A stretch of 63,184 nucleotides of DNA, filler included, from Octopus bimaculoides (GCF_001194135.2; 7 parts of 7 records of this genome joined end to end with filler, not necessarily neighbours in it); one strand, 5' to 3'. Numbered from the whole stretch's first letter, positions 48,664 through 63,120 are shown. Program-made: numbers and translations. The notes: generated from the letters alone by a model not told the origin.

Positions 48664-50172
48664 GGTCACTGCCTAGAATCGAACTCGGAATCTTGGGGTT
48701 AGTAGCCCACGCTTTATGCCATAAGCCAGTGGGCAATTATGGATCGAATCTTTGGGCTTTTAAATCTAATATTTTCCTATCCTTCCTTAATACCGGTTCC
48801 CATATNNNNNNNNNNNNNNNNNNNNNNNNNNNNNNNNNNNNNNNNNNNNNNNNNNNNNNNNNNNNNNNNNNNNNNNNNNNNNNNNNNNNNNNNNNNNNNN
48901 NATTTCCCAGTGGTGTCCTCAGTCTATTATTTTAACTTCATCACGCAGGAGGAGGTGGTCTCCATTTTTCCATACATGATCGGCTATACCCGATTTATAA
49001 AGAACTACTCATGCCACAACTTTGCAATGTTCCTCTACCCTTATTTTGAGGGAGCANNNNNNNNNNNNNTTGTATAACCTACCATAGCTGCATGGGATGA
49101 AGTACATGCAGTCTTTGGTCATATTTTCTTCTGTTGGTGGTTTTACTCAAAGGAGATATTTGCAAAGTGTTGTATTACTCTTGNNNNNNNNNNNNNNNNN
49201 NNNNNNNNNNNNNNNNNNNNNNNNNNNNNNNNNNNNNNNNNNNNNNNNNNNNNNNNNNNNNNNNNNNNNNNNNNNNNNNNNNNNNNNNNNNNNNNNNNNN
49301 NNNNNNNNNNNNNNNNNNNNNNNNNNNNNNNNNNNNNNNNNNNNNNNNNNNNNNNNNNNNNNNNNNNNNNNNNNNNNNNNNNNNNNNNNNNNNNNNNNNN
49401 NNNNNNNNNNNNNNNNNNNNNNNNNGACAGACTATGGTCAGTTTATGGGTTTCATCCTCTCTTTTCTTCATAATTGGAGTGGATGGTATGTTTTTGGGGT
49501 AGTTGTTGCTTAATAGACTGTTACTAAGCTTGATCATTTCTTTGTGGTGGGTATCACAATCACTGCTTATATTCTTTGCTTGATATTTTAGGCACTGTGC
49601 AATACCTCTCTTTACACTGTATGGATGGTGGGAATTGAAGTTGAGGTATCGTCCNNNNNNNNNNTGGATGGTGGGAATTGAAGTTGAGGTATCGTCCAGT
49701 GAAGGTCAGCTTGCAGTGTATGGATGTCCTGGATCCATACTTGCTGTGTGTTATTAGTACATCTAGGAGCGGCTCATATGCTTGGACATAATAACCTCCT
49801 AAGCAGACCGAGTGCAGATATGAGTAACATACTGGAACTGGTATTAAGGAAGGGTAGGAAAATATTAGATTTATAAGCCCCAAAATTCATTCTATAATTG
49901 CCCACAGGCATATGGCATAGTGATTAAGAGTACGCGCTACTAACACCAAAATTCCAAGTTCAATTCCAGGCAGTGACCTGAATAATAANNNNNNNNNNNN
50001 NNNNNNNNNNNNNNNNNNNNNNNNNNNNNNNNNNNNNNNNNNNNNNNNNNNNNNNNNNNNNNNNNNNNNNNNNNNNNNNNNNNNNNNNNNNNNNNNNNNN
50101 NNNNNNNNNNNNNNNNNNNNNNNNNNTAACAACAAACAAGATGAGGACAAATATCTGTCAAATTTCTTAAAT
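48664..50172 (-). mobile_element. Second copy of the same PLE family, longer body, inverted repeat at 49770-50172
   Basis: LDVLIT..SIHCKLTFTGRYLNFNSHHP (RT thumb), same GIY-YIG region, tRNA-like heads at ~48664-48730 (-) and ~49906-49980 (+); gapped. Confidence 0.8.
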
Positions 50173-50219
50173 ATAGAACAGTATATAGCTGCATATACTA
50201 GGGACCTGATTTTCTGTAT

Positions 50220-51180
50220 CATATATCAATGGTCTCTGATCTTTCAAAAGACTGGTGAATGCTCAGTTACTCTTGACATTAGCAAAACCTTGAATTGTTT
50301 CTGAGTAGAAATACCTTCCTTTGAGTATCTGTCTATCTCTTCTCTTGAATTGCAAGTTTCTGATCAGTCTACTCTCTCACATGTGTTAATGAAACAATCT
50401 CTGAACCACATTCTTGTGTACCTCAAAGTTCCTTCACTGTATATTGATCACATAAGCACTGTCCTGCTTGTTTCTTCTAACAACATACTGCCATACACAT
50501 TCCCCTTTTATCCCTGCTCACCTTTCCACACAACCTTCATACATAAAAACAGACAATTTTTACATGTGTAGAAGCTGTCAAATCATCCACCAATGGCANN
50601 NNNNNNNNTTTTTTTCATGATCAAAACATAATCACAGCACATATTAAAGAAACAGTCTTGCAGTCTTGCAGTGCTAAACCTTTTCAAAACTCTTGTGTCT
50701 TTAATGATATTTAATTGTAAATACATATATATAATATCGTCTTGTCAATTCAAAATTCCGNNNNNNNNNNTAATTGTAAATACATATATATAATATCGTC
50801 TTGTCAATTCAAAATTCCGAAGACTAATGATTCATTTACCAGCATGTTACAACTAGGAGCCTTCAAATTTTCTGCTTCATCTCTTCTGACCCTAATTCTG
50901 CTCTAAATTAGTAAGTAGTGTACCACTTCCACCCAGTTTATCCTATGCACCAAGCTATCGTATTCTTATTATCTTGGATCTTATTTGCAAATCATCTACT
51001 ACTTAGTTCAATCCTTTTATTTCAGAAATGAAGCTCTATGAAAATCTCTCCTTAACATTTTTACTGCAGGCAAAAATTTGCATGAAACCAAACTGTGCAT
51101 CAGTATCACTAGCCTAACAAATTTTAGATGTTCTTCAAGTGTCATAGATACTGTCTCTCCTCTTCTGATTAAATAAAGGT
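50220..51180 (-). mobile_element. Highly decayed RTE-like LINE fragments
   Basis: DAQFGFM remnant at ~51080 and a purine-rich RT C-terminal-like tract. Confidence 0.4.
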
Positions 51181-51463
51181 TTTTAACTTTGGTAGAAGGT
51201 CAGATATTTGGAGACAGTTGTTCTTTTATCAACCTCAGAAGGATGAAAGGCCAAGTNNNNNNNNNNTTGGAGACAGTTGTTCTTTTATCAACCTCAGAAG
51301 GATGAAAGGCCAAGTTGATTTCAGTAACATATGAATTCTAAACATACTAAATGTAAGCAAATACAAGGTGTTTCATCTGAACAATGAAGAANNNNNNNNN
51401 NTAAGCAAATACAAGGTGTTTCATCTGAACAATGAAGAAAAGGGTCTTTATTTTTATAACATA

Positions 51464-51510
51464 CTAGCAGAAATACCCAGCGTTGCCCGGGTTAAAGAGA
51501 ATAATGAAAT
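51464..51510 (-). mobile_element. Helitron 3' terminus (hairpin + CTAG|T)
   Basis: - strand cccgggcaacgctggg-tatttctg-CTAG|T. Confidence 0.65.
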
Positions 51511-51632
51511 NNNNNNNNNNNNNNNNNNNNNNNNNNNNNNNNNNNNNNNNNNNNTTAATTAATTAANNNNNNNNNNNNNNNNNNNNNNNNNNNNNNNNNN
51601 NNNNNNNNNNTATTCTCAACAGCATCTACCAT

Positions 51633-51690
<58 letters not shown>

Positions 51691-52149
51691 GATACAAAAT
51701 AAGAAGTCTGTAAATTTTGTTGTTGGTCTGCCTGTTTTTTAATGACCAACTAATCATATAAATTAACGCCATTACCACAAATATCACCGAAAAAGAAATA
51801 ATAAAACAAAGCAAAACAAATACAAGACTGAAGAATAATTTTTACGCCTTCGTTTTCTTTTTGTTTTTTTCTTTCTTTCTTTTGGTGTTTTTTTTACTTT
51901 TGATTTATTCTTTTTTTTTTCACGATTCCTATTATTGACATGTAATATCGTCTAAGCTAAGTTGGTATCGCACTTGATTCCCTCTTTCCCTAAATAACAC
52001 ATCTAATTATTTATTCATTTATTATCATAATTTTTTATCATCTCTACTTCGTACCAGTACGACCACCACCGCCACTACCAACACCACCATTATAATAATC
52101 ATCATCATCATCATCATCCTCATTGTCATCGTCTTCGTTATTATTTTTA

Positions 52150-52213
<64 letters not shown>

Positions 52214-52527
52214 GCTGTTGTTGTTGTTGTTGTTATCACTAAACTTAGTAGGGAGTTGAAGTAAGTTGAAGTATCGATAGGTCAGTATCACTCTGGGGAC
52301 ACCAAAGACCAATATTTGCTAAAAAAATTGTCCCTAATTAATTTCCCACGTGAGTTCTTAGAGGCAATGGAACTCACTAGAAAAAAGTTGACGCTGATTA
52401 TATGGTGCTCACCAGTCAGCGTCTTGAAAATATTGGCGAGAATAAAGAGACACGATCAAATGGAGACAAGACAAGGAGTGTATCAAAAACACACGTGTGT
52501 GTATATATTATATACATACATACATAC

Positions 52528-52562
<35 letters not shown>

Positions 52563-52984
52563 GTACATATGTACATACACTCACACGCACACTCACACGA
52601 ACACACGAATACACATATACGTATATTTGTATGTAAAACTATACGTCAATTTTTTTTTTAATTTTGTGTTTGTTGTTGTTATTGTTTTTTTTTCTTTTTT
52701 TTTTTTATACANNNNNNNNNNNNNNNNNNNNNNNNNNNNNNNNNNNNNNNNNNNNNNNNNNNNNNNNNNNNNNNNNNNNNNNNNNNNNNNNNNNNNNNNN
52801 NNNNNNNNNNNNNNNNNNNNNNNNNNNNNNNNNNNNNNNNNNNNNNNNNNNNNNNNNNNNNNNNNNNNNNNNNNNNNNNNNNNNNNNNNNNNNNNNNNNN
52901 NNNNNNNNNNNNNNNNNNNNNNNNNNNNNNNNNNNNNNNNNNNNNNNNNNNNNNNNNNNNNNNNNNNNNNNNNNNNNNNATTAT

Positions 52985-53262
52985 AATATCATTGCCTTTG
53001 CACAACTTCTAACGCTGGAGATGTACTACAGTGTCAGCTGTTCACTACCAGTGAACTAAGGTAACACCTCTTATTTTTCGAGCACCTTCCGGAGTATTCG
53101 AGCGGCTCCAAGCAGTGCTGTTTTCTGCAAGTGCTCCACCCTTATTGCAGCCCCTATTTGTTCCACGTACTTCTCGAGATTTTTGCTCACTGTTCCCAGA
53201 GCTCCAACAATTACTGGTACTACTGCTACTTTTTTCATCGACCACAACTGCTTAACTTCTCA
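52985..53262 (-). mobile_element. R4/Dong-like RLE LINE 3' end
   Basis: EVKQLWSMKKVAVVPVIVGALGTVSKNLEKY...LQKTALLGAARILRKVLEK* (stop 53071-73), short 3'UTR running into a gap. Confidence 0.8.
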
Positions 53263-54833
53263 AGACTCTAGGTGTGTCTCGGCAAGTGACTGTAACAAAC
53301 ATGCAGATTAAAAGTAAAAATGACAATAGTAATAATAATACTAATAGTGGTTGTTCCACTTGCTCACAGTTTGAGAATTGCATCAAATATAACCTTCCTC
53401 AAAACAATAGTTACGTAGGTCTCAGAGTAGGTTCAGAGAACTGCCGAAAATTAATTAAAATATTCAGTTGTAAGCATACTGCTATATATAAAGTTAACGT
53501 ATAAATATGGGGGAAATGCATCCACGATAAATAAGAGTTGTATTGATTACACATTGTTAAATTTCAGTATGTTATTACAAAGCAGTAAATCGTATTGGAA
53601 CAAACGTGCATCTGCATAAGGATTCGGCTAGAACGATTGATGAGAACAGCGTATTTAGAATAAAAGCAGCAAAATATGTCACATATAGTTCATAATTTAG
53701 TTCTCTACATTTGTTTCAATGCCATAAAACATCGCTATATTAAAAAAATTCTGTATTAAAAAAATCAATCTAAATTTTAACACCAACGCAAGATATATGT
53801 TTATTTTTCATACTCACTTCTATAACTTCTTTATTTTTCATTTAATTTTTTTTTTAATTAAGCCTACCTGTATTTAACTTAATCTAGAAGTAATTGTCTT
53901 CTCTATGATTGTTCACTACCAACGGTGCACCACAAGTATTATCAAAATACAAAATTCATTGAAAAGCGATGTGATACTCATGTCTCATGTCTTCGGAAGA
54001 AAAGAAAGTATAAATGAATAGAGTTAACACACAGCAATGTAATGTATTCTTCATTTAACAAGTAGGTTTAACGATAACAAGATTCCCCGGATTAACAAAT
54101 ATGCTTGCTCTTAACAATTAATATTGAAAGCTAATACAAATAGTTCTCTGTAGTCAAATGGAAACTAGCGTTAACTGTCTTAGTTTAATACCCATTGAAG
54201 TTTGAGAGATTGCTGAATAAATTATAATTAATTTAAAGAAGCCCCTTTTCTGTTTCAGTTTCAAGATGAAGAAAATTCATTTCATTAATGCTGCAATATA
54301 TCTTTAACTGTAAGAACTCCACAACAATCATTTAATATAACGCTCAACTTCAAATATAAATGAACGTAAACTTGCAATAATCAGAGTGCAACTCTTGCCT
54401 GATTCTAAGCTGTGACCATTTTACAACATGATGCTAATATCTGGGTTTTGGCTGCCCTGTGCAGTAGCCAAACTGACCGCTCCCTTCCTTATTAAGTAAC
54501 ATACGTTTGGCTATAGCAAACATACGTATAAATATAAGCACGCATAAAATCAGGATTCGAGCTAGCAGAATCTTTAACACGTCGAATAAAACGCTGAGCG
54601 GTATTTCTTTTGACTCTTTACGTCCTAAGTTCGAAACACATCAAGATCAACTTTACCTTTCATCGGGGTGGGGTGGGGCGATAAAATAAGGTAGCATTCA
54701 AGTACTACGATCGAAATGACTAGCCTTGAATCCTACAACGAACCGGCGTCCTCCTCGAGGGAAGGGTGTCTTCTTGATCATTTATACGCCATGGAAACGG
54801 GGTACCCGGTCTTATTAAATCTAAAAGTGGAGA

Positions 54834-54898
<65 letters not shown>

Positions 54899-54937
54899 CG
54901 CATACATATATGCATACATATATGAGTGGAAGAAACA

Positions 54938-55290
54938 GGCGTGGCTGTGAGGTAAGAAGCTTGCTTCCCAATTACATGATCTCGGGTTCGTCCCACTGCG
55001 TAGCGAGTGAATTTTATAGACGGAAACTGATAGCCCGTCGTTAATGTGTGCGTGTGTATGTGTATGGGTGTGTGCGTATGTGTGTATGTACCTTTGTGCC
55101 TTTGAGTGTCCCCCTCCATCACTTAACAACCTATGTTGGTTTGTTTACGTTCTCGTAACTTAACGGTTCCGCAAAAAGAGACCGATAGCACAAATACTAG
55201 GCTTAAAAGAAAAATAAGTCGGTTCATTCGGCTGAAAGTCCTTCAAGGCGGTACCCCAGCGTGGCCGTAGTCCAATGACTAAAGATATAG
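54938..55290 (+). mobile_element. tRNA-SINE family 2 (internal GT microsatellite)
   Basis: A/B boxes, gacggaaactg, ccatcacttaacaacc, gagaccgatag; other copies 10636-12025 (split by CRE) and 13243-13987(-, split). Confidence 0.8.
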
Positions 55291-55699
55291 ACAAAATGGC
55301 CATCTCACTTTACACCACTTGTGTCTATTCTCTTTCCAAATTTCATGCTTCGATCCTGTGCAAGAGATTATTTTCAAAGCATCTCATTAAATTCCTGTTT
55401 TAAACGATTTATTGTGTATCTCGAGAAATAGCTTCCTATGTATGTCAAGGTAAACTTGAATACCGAATGTATATGAAACACTGCGTTATGTTTCTTCCTT
55501 GTATCTTATATTTCTTATTTAATAATAACACTTTCCATTCCTTGTAATGTCTTCCTCAAAATAGGAGCAGTGCATACAACCTTTTGTTAAATCGCAGAGA
55601 CAGGTTGAAAGAGAGATGTAACATATCTATCCATGTGACAATTGTCACGAATGTTTGCCACAGAGTGTACTCTGCAAAACACAAATACAAAAAAGGTAG

Positions 55700-55860
55700 C
55701 TATTCTATATTTTGAGGATGAGGAATTATGTACATTATTTACATAATTATGTACATTATAATGGATACGAAATTCAACCAGAACACTTGATGCAGGCTGG
55801 AGAGTACGTCAGCCGAAACGTTGGGATAACAACAAACAAGATGAGGAAACATATCTGCCC
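55700..55860. mobile_element. Isolated PLE terminal-repeat fragment with hammerhead remnant
   Basis: Inverted repeat tail followed by aacac-ttgatgc-aggctg..cagcc-GAAACGTT (55782-55822) and taacaacaaacaagatgagg. Confidence 0.6.
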
Positions 55861-56298
55861 ATTGCACGTAAGAAAGGCAGCATCCACAAGTCAGGTCGAC
55901 TTTGCTTTTCATCCTTTCGGGGTCGATAAATTAAGTACCAGNNNNNNNNNNNNNNNNNNNNNNNNNNNNNNNNNNNNNNNNNNNNTTAATTAATTAANNN
56001 NNNNNNNNNNNNNNNNNNNNNNNNNNNNNNNNNNNNNNNNNATCACTTTCACTCGCACTAGACTCGCGCACACCATCACTTGTAGACGTGATCGCCGATT
56101 CACAAGCACTTGTAGACGGACTCGTAGATTTCTTTTTTAAAAAATAAGTCTAGATTTCTTTGGTTAGAAGAAGCTTGTGTTTGCTCTCTATAAATTTCTC
56201 GGTAACATGCAGAAGCATTTTGTTATGGTAGTAGAAACTTTTGTACTTCGTTCAAAATTTGGATCTTGTGCTTTAGCCTTTTTATATTTATTATAAAA

Positions 56299-56516
56299 CT
56301 AGCTGTTTTTCCCGGTTTCACCCGGGTAGTTTGGTTGATGTTGCTGTAAAACCTGCTATCTTCTAAATATTTACCTCCTCTTTGTATTCAAACACCAAAA
56401 ATAAAGGTTAAAAAAACAAAATATTTAAAGAAAACAAAAATTAACAAAAAAGGAAAAAAACCCAAATTAATAAAAATGTTAAATTGCTGATAGTTGTAGT
56501 AACTGGATGGTTTCAA

Positions 56517-56548
<32 letters not shown>

Positions 56549-56760
56549 TTCACATACCCCCCTTTTTACATACACACACATATATTCACACTGAGATGAA
56601 ACGCTGTTTGATTTATTTTTTTCAACGTACAATTTTCATCATCCCACTACCAAGTATGACATCACCCCTTCCTTCCTTATTCATCTATCACCCCTTCCTT
56701 TCACATTCATAAATACAAGAGTATTATTATAGTAGATTATCTCGGTAACCATGGGAGCTA
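56299..56760 (-). mobile_element. Non-autonomous Helitron, 3' end defined, 5' extent uncertain
   Basis: - strand cccgggtgaaaccggg-aaaaacag-CTAG|T; internal (CA)n. Confidence 0.55.
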
Positions 56761-57196
56761 TGAAAAAATACAAAGCCCAGCATCACCACCGGATCATTCT
56801 ACACATCTGTGTAATTTTTTGTGCAATTCCACCCAGCCGTTTGACTGTGAATCCCAAGACAAGAAAGAATCGCCCATGTCAAATTTATATGTATAGATAG
56901 ATAAAGCTCGTAAATCCGGGGTCTTGTAAGACGAGTCCTCGTAAAGTGAGGTGTTACTGTACACATATTTAGCTCAGAAGATGTAGTTGTAAGAGGAAAC
57001 ATATTCGAAAATTACATTATTTTATACTTCTCACTTCTTCTTCTTTGAAAGTGGTTATCTCTTACTTATAAATTTACTTAAAGTAAACCTCTTTAACTAT
57101 GCGTCGGAATCTAAAGAATATTCTAAAACTCATTAGTTCATCAGACAAAATGCTTAGCAGCATTTCTTCCAGCTCTAAACTTTCTGAGTTCAAATA

Positions 57197-57347
57197 CTAA
57201 TCAGTTCGTGCCAGTCACGAGGCCAAACATCCCTGAAAGTTTCATCTAAATACATCCAGCGGTTCTTGAGATATCTTGTCCACGGAGAAACAAACAAACA
57301 AACACGACTGAAAACAATACCTCCGCCTTCGCTAAGGTGGAGGTAAT
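57197..57347 (-). mobile_element. Helentron-associated HINE/DINE-1-like fragment
   Basis: attacctccacc-ttagcgaa-ggcggaggtat stem-loop, (TTTG)n, atctcaagaaccgctggatgtatttagatgaaacttt core. Confidence 0.65.
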
Positions 57348-59249
57348 GATATATCTATAAAAGATTATGCCTACGATTTCACGGTAGAATATTATAGATC
57401 GAATTCTTCCTTTGGCATCTAACCTATATATTTTTACCGTGACGTTTACAGGCTATTGATTCAACTCCAATATCTGACTGGTATAGATTTTCTCAATTCA
57501 CAGAAAGGTGAAATTTTAAGTCACCTTCAGTGAGAATCTAACTCAAAACATTGAGGGACAGAATTAAATAGTCAGGCGTTCTTTCGCTTTTGTTGTAATT
57601 CTACTTTCACTCCATCAGCGGAATTGAAATTTCTCATGGCTTCCTTTATTTACTTAGTTCTTAGGAACAGCACGAGCTGAAGCAGTAATAATTATAATAA
57701 TACTGCACCTGTTACCAGCCCACATTGAGATATAAGCTTACAAACTGGTTAGTCGCAGACATTGTAAGATTACACAGAGGACAGTTATTCTCTTCGTATT
57801 TCAAGAAGTTCTTCTGACTTCACTTCCATGTCTACCTAAGATTATTCCAGACAAACAGTATTCTTTTCATCATTAGCCATAGTTTTCGATTTATGAAATC
57901 CAGTACTTTGCAGTTTGAAATGAATTTTCTTTTTTTATCCCTTTCTCAAAATAAATACTCGACGTTCCGAATAATATTCAGCGCAGTTTAATATTTTGAT
58001 GCGCATAATTAGTTAGGATTGTGAGGGGCGGGCTTATCTTAGGATAATATTCTTTCTACTATAGGCACAAAGAGGCAGAAGAAATACTGCTAAAGATTTT
58101 GCCCGGCGTGATAACCATTTTGCCAGATTGCCACCTTGAGTTAAGATAAAAGTTAAGTTTAGCGTTTAGAGGTTGGGTTAAAGTTTGTGAGTGTACATGC
58201 GATTGCAAGTGTGTTATTTCTTTACTACCGTGGGTAGTAAAGAGGGGACAAACAAGGACAGACAAACGTGTGTGTGTGCAGTTTAGTACGTATACGCCAA
58301 GAGAATAATCTTACCCCAGATATTATCCGATTTAGTCATTTTTATTTAGATGTTTCGTGACTGTAGAATAGCCAAAGTTTCTTGGCTAAATGAACGCCAA
58401 ATTCTTTGTCCATCTACGGTCAGTGAAATAAATACATTAAGGCAGTGTTGGATTTAATATATATCAGCACGGTCTATATAATTTCACTGATGGTGTCTGC
58501 TGAAGCAATGAAGACACGAAATAACTGTGAACTAAGCTAGGATTTTAATTTAAAAAAACTACGAATATTATTACGCCACAAAGACAATGCAAATTATTAC
58601 GTCATAATCAAGGAATATTTCCCTGTCTGAAAATAAATCAAGCACACACACACACACACACACGCACGCACGCACGCACGCGCTCAACTCCGGTTGGATT
58701 TACAAGCAAGATGGAAAAGTAAAGAAATGGGGTCTTCTCTGTTGCTGTCACAATTTTCAACTTTCTAAATTTTGTTCCTGTTGTTTCCAAAGTTGGTGTA
58801 TTGACATACGGCCTATATCGCCGACTATGATTATATGCTAAATGGTTCAAAAAGCATCTGTTGGAATGTCCTAACGTTTCATGCCACGGAAAAAAATTCG
58901 AATATGAATTAGCTTGTAGCAGGCTTTGTTCGGTACGTGACATTGAGAAGTCATAACTATGAGGTAACATCGATGTCCGTTGCTCCGAAACGGGACCTAA
59001 TGTGAGTTATCTCGCTTGCCTATGACTTACTTTCAGGTGTTTTTAACACCAGGTGCATTGAGAATGTATTCTCTTACGCCTAAAACGCAACCGATCCACG
59101 AACTAACGACACACACACCTGTGTATATGTGTTCGATTTTGTATATATACCTCAAGCTGCTTCTTAAACCATTTAGCATATAGTCATAGCCGGCGATATA
59201 GTTTGTGTATATCAATACACCAAATTTAGAAACATTTATTATTTATTTA

Positions 59250-59550
59250 TGCACAATATTCGAGCCTAGCCAGGCTCATGGGCCCGGTTTCCTGGTTTCT
59301 ATGGCGTATGTGTTGCCCCCAGCTGGACGGGACGCCAGTCCATCGCAGCGTTACTCAAGAAACAGGAAGAAAGAGTGAGAGAAAGTTGGGGCGAAAGAGT
59401 ACAACAGGGATCGCCACCACCCCCTGCCGGAGCCTCGTGGAGCTTTGGGTGTTTTCGCTCAATAAACACACACAACGTCCGGTCTGGGAATCGAAACTGC
59501 GATCCTCCGACCGCGAGTCCGCTGCCCTAACCACTGAGCCATAGCGATGG
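59250..59550 (-). mobile_element. tRNA-SINE family 4, CpG-intact (young-looking)
   Basis: Head tggctcagtggttagg...gtttcgattccc; 3' part matches 7905-8020(+). Confidence 0.8.
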
Positions 59551-60291
59551 CGCGCATGTTTGATTTATGTGTGTGTTTGTTGTCTTTATTGATTTGGTAA
59601 TTTCTTTTCGGCTTACCCACTTTCNNNNNNNNNNNNNNNNNNNNNNNNNNNNNNNNNNNNNNNNNNNNNNNNNNNNNNNNNNNNNNNNNNNNNNNNNNNN
59701 NNNNNNNNNNNNNNNNNNNNNNNNNNNNNNNNNNNNNNNNNNNNNNNNNNNNNNNNNNNNNNNNNNNNNNNNNNNNNNNNNNNNNNNNNNNNNNNNNNNN
59801 NNNNNNNNNNNNNNNNNNNNNNNNNNNNNNNNNNNNNNNNNNNNNNNNNNNNNNNNNNNNNNNNNNNNNNNNNNNNNNNNNNNNNNNNNNNNNNNNNNNN
59901 NNNNNNNNNNNNNNNNNNNNNNNNNNNNNNNNNNNNNNNNNNNNNNNNNNNNNNNNNNNNNNNNNNNNNNNNNNNNNNNNNNNNNNNNNNNNNNNNNNNN
60001 NNNNNNNNNNNNNNNNNNNNNNNNNNNNNNNNNNNNNNNNNNNNNNNNNNNNNNNNNNNNNNNNNNNNNNNNNNNNNNNNNNNNNNNNNNNNNNNNNNNN
60101 NNNNNNNNNNNNNNNNNNNNNNNNNNNNNNNNNNNNNNNNNNNNNNNNNNNNNNNNNNNNNNNNNNNNNNNNNNNNNNNNNNNNNNNNNNNNNNNNNNNN
60201 NNNNNNNNNNNNNNNNNNNNNNNNNNNNNNNNNNNNNNNNNNNNNNNNNNNNNNNNNNNNNNNNNNNNNNNNNNNNNNNNNNNNNNNNNNN

Positions 60292-60362
<71 letters not shown>

Positions 60363-60575
60363 ACATACATACACCTCGCAGGACACGTACACAAGCACAA
60401 TCATGCAAGCTAGCATATACGCATATAAATAAACACACAAACTGTGATACATACGTGTTTTCTCAAGTGCCCGAGTTAGTATGTATGTATGCATGTATGT
60501 GTATGTACGAATGTGCGTATGTATGTGTATCTATCTATCTATACATACATACATACATATACACACGCGCGCATG

Positions 60576-60614
<39 letters not shown>

Positions 60615-60677
60615 GCCTTTTATCATGCTAAGCAATATATACTATTTATATATATATATAATTCTTAATTATAAATA

Positions 60678-63120
60678 TTAGCAGAAAGACCGCTCTCTGG
60701 GTGGTTTTCTGCTAGCCACTCGATAATATTTCCACATTTGATTCCCAATTCTAATAATTTTTATGATATTTTACGTCTAGTTATTTATTTCTTTGTATAA
60801 TAGTGCTCACTTGCTTAGTAAATATTGCTTTCATTATTTTATCAGTCGTAATCTCTCTTTTTTAAAGAGTCAATCTATTATATATATTTATCATTCATAA
60901 CTGGTAGAACTTACATTAATAATTGGTAGAACTTACATAGGTGTGCATAGATAGGTAGGTAGGTAGATAGTTATATAGATAGATACATGTATGCATGGAT
61001 AGAGGGATACACACACTTACACACACAAAAGCCTGGTGCTGTGAGAACACATGAGAATGACGTTTCCTTACTTTTTCAAATATACCAAATTTTAAAATGA
61101 TAACGATATCATTCATTCGGCATGTATTGAAATATGTCAAAACGATTTAATCCCACACAAATATATGTTATTTTACATATAACTTATGTGTTAATTCTAT
61201 TTACTGAAACTTGCTAAAAAGCATATTTTGCTTTAAAGTAGTATCTTCTTGTAGACACAATTATCAATAATCATACTGTTTCCATATCTCTCAGTCAATA
61301 TTTTTACATTAGCCTTCTTTCGAACTCTAGATAATGCAACATACATTTGACCATGTGAGAAGAATTGTGTCGGAAGATACATTCCAATTTGTTCAAACGT
61401 CTGTCCCTGTGCCTTGTTCCACGTCAAGGCAAAAGCTGGCTTGACAGGAAATTGTTTGCGTGTAAATGTAAATGGAAATTCCATTTCTTGAGATATGTGT
61501 GGTATTCTTGGGATTAGCAGAGTTGATCCCGCAAGAGGACCAGAAGCAACTTTAGCCTCAATAACATGATCATGTATACTGACAATGATGTAGTGTGTGC
61601 CATTGCAATGTCCATTAGTAGCATCTAAATTTCTCAGAAGCATTATGCATAATTTTTTCTTCAGTTTGAGAATGTGTGGTGGAAACCCTGATGGTGTAAG
61701 TTTGCTGATGAACTCGATTGGGTACCGAGTTTCATTATCAACTGTATCTGAGCTTCTATATATTTTTTAGCTCACCAGAGATCCTGATCAACAGAAAATC
61801 ATTCACAAATTGTGCTGCTTCATTTGTTGGAGTAACGATGGTTCTATTTGCAAGCCACACAGGGTTTGAGAAGTTATTTTTGAGGTCAGCATATACAAAA
61901 TCATTTAGATCTGAAAGATTACCACTTTCGAGGCAAAAGTCATTGGGTAGTTTGATTTTGAATTCACCTAGGCTTTATTCAGCAGAAATGTTACCATTTC
62001 TTACATCAAGAAGGTAAATAGCAAACTATTTTTTATCAGAATGACCTTCTGTAAGAAGTCTTAGATTGGTTGTCAACTCCACATGATCGCAAAGAAAAAA
62101 TCTCTTCAGTGTTGCATCAACAATTTGTGATCTGATACCATTATTTTGAAGTAGAATATTCTCCTCTCGAGGTACCCTAACCAGTCGGTCATGTGTAGTG
62201 GAAACAGAATCATGTCTACGTCTCCGTGCATATTCAGGCATCTGTTTTAATCGCTTTGCCCTGGTTTCATCTGATTCAGTTGCCCATCTTTCTCTCTGCC
62301 TTTGCTGTAAAATTTTCTTTATCAGTCGCATATTATATATGAATGAAAGCTCGTTAAAAACTACCTTGTTTAGTGTGCTAGAAATAGCAGCGATCACATA
62401 GTTATTATTGTAAGGCTTATAGCGTTCCAATTTGCCATACCAACAAAATTACTTCTTCATTTAAAAAAAAAAAAATACCGGTATATTAAAGAATTTTCAT
62501 TTTATCAAAAATCTTCATTTAACAAACTCTGAAAACAGATGATATTCTGGAAATTGTGCCTCGTATCAAAGTTACACAGCTATTTTGTGTAATGGCATGC
62601 ATTCATTCAACACAGAATCGCTTAAAAATTATACCTGTATATTAAAAAGTTTTCATTTTATCAAAAATATTCATTTAACAAACTCTGGAAACTGATAATG
62701 TTCTTGAAAGTGTGTCCCGTATCAAAGTCATACAGCTATTATTGAATAATCATTAATGAAAAGAGAGGCGAGCGAGAATGAGAGAATGTTGCCAATAAAA
62801 ACGTAAAATGTTGCCTGCAACGAATTGATAGTGTTTATTATTGAATGTTAAAATCTACTCCTCAGTGAATGCAATGGAGATTTAAATTCATGAAGAATTG
62901 AACGCAGTGAATGCAATGAATATTTAAATTTGCAAGAGTTCGGAGTTAAAAAATTCAATAAACTTCAGAAATCGAAATTATAGGCAACTTCTAAGAAGAT
63001 GAATTTATAAAAATATTTCCAGACGGTCAAGCTTTTAATATACAGAATAGTTAGGTAGACTAATCATTGAAGAGATGTTTAGCAGCCATTGATACACAGT
63101 TACGCAACTCGCTCCCCACC
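60678..63120 (-). mobile_element. Helitron, internally deleted (Rep and helicase N-half missing); PIF1-like helicase C-half
   Basis: IVTPTNEAA, TPSGFPPH, MLLRNL..GHCNGT, QFPVKPAFALTWNKAQGQT, FSHGQMYVALSRV; 3' hairpin + CTAA|T at 60678; 5' end uncertain. Confidence 0.88.
62475..62750. repeat. Tandem ~155-bp duplication inside the Helitron 5' region
   Basis: Two copies of ttttcattttatcaaaaat..cgtatcaaagt..cagctatt. Confidence 0.75.

Noticed and set aside
49621-51420. Short direct repeats flanking 10-N gaps (49635, 50761, 51257, 51392)
   Set aside because: Identical sequence on both sides of fixed 10-N gaps indicates unmerged contig overlaps.
53300-58000. Scattered exon-like segments (53370+, 55560-, 57750-)
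   Set aside because: No consistent phase chain; most contain in-frame stops.
58793-58965. Plus-strand segment with splice-like ends and peptide YAKWFKKHLLECPNVSCHGKKFEYELAC
   Set aside because: All frames contain stops between acceptor and donor; no partner exons found.
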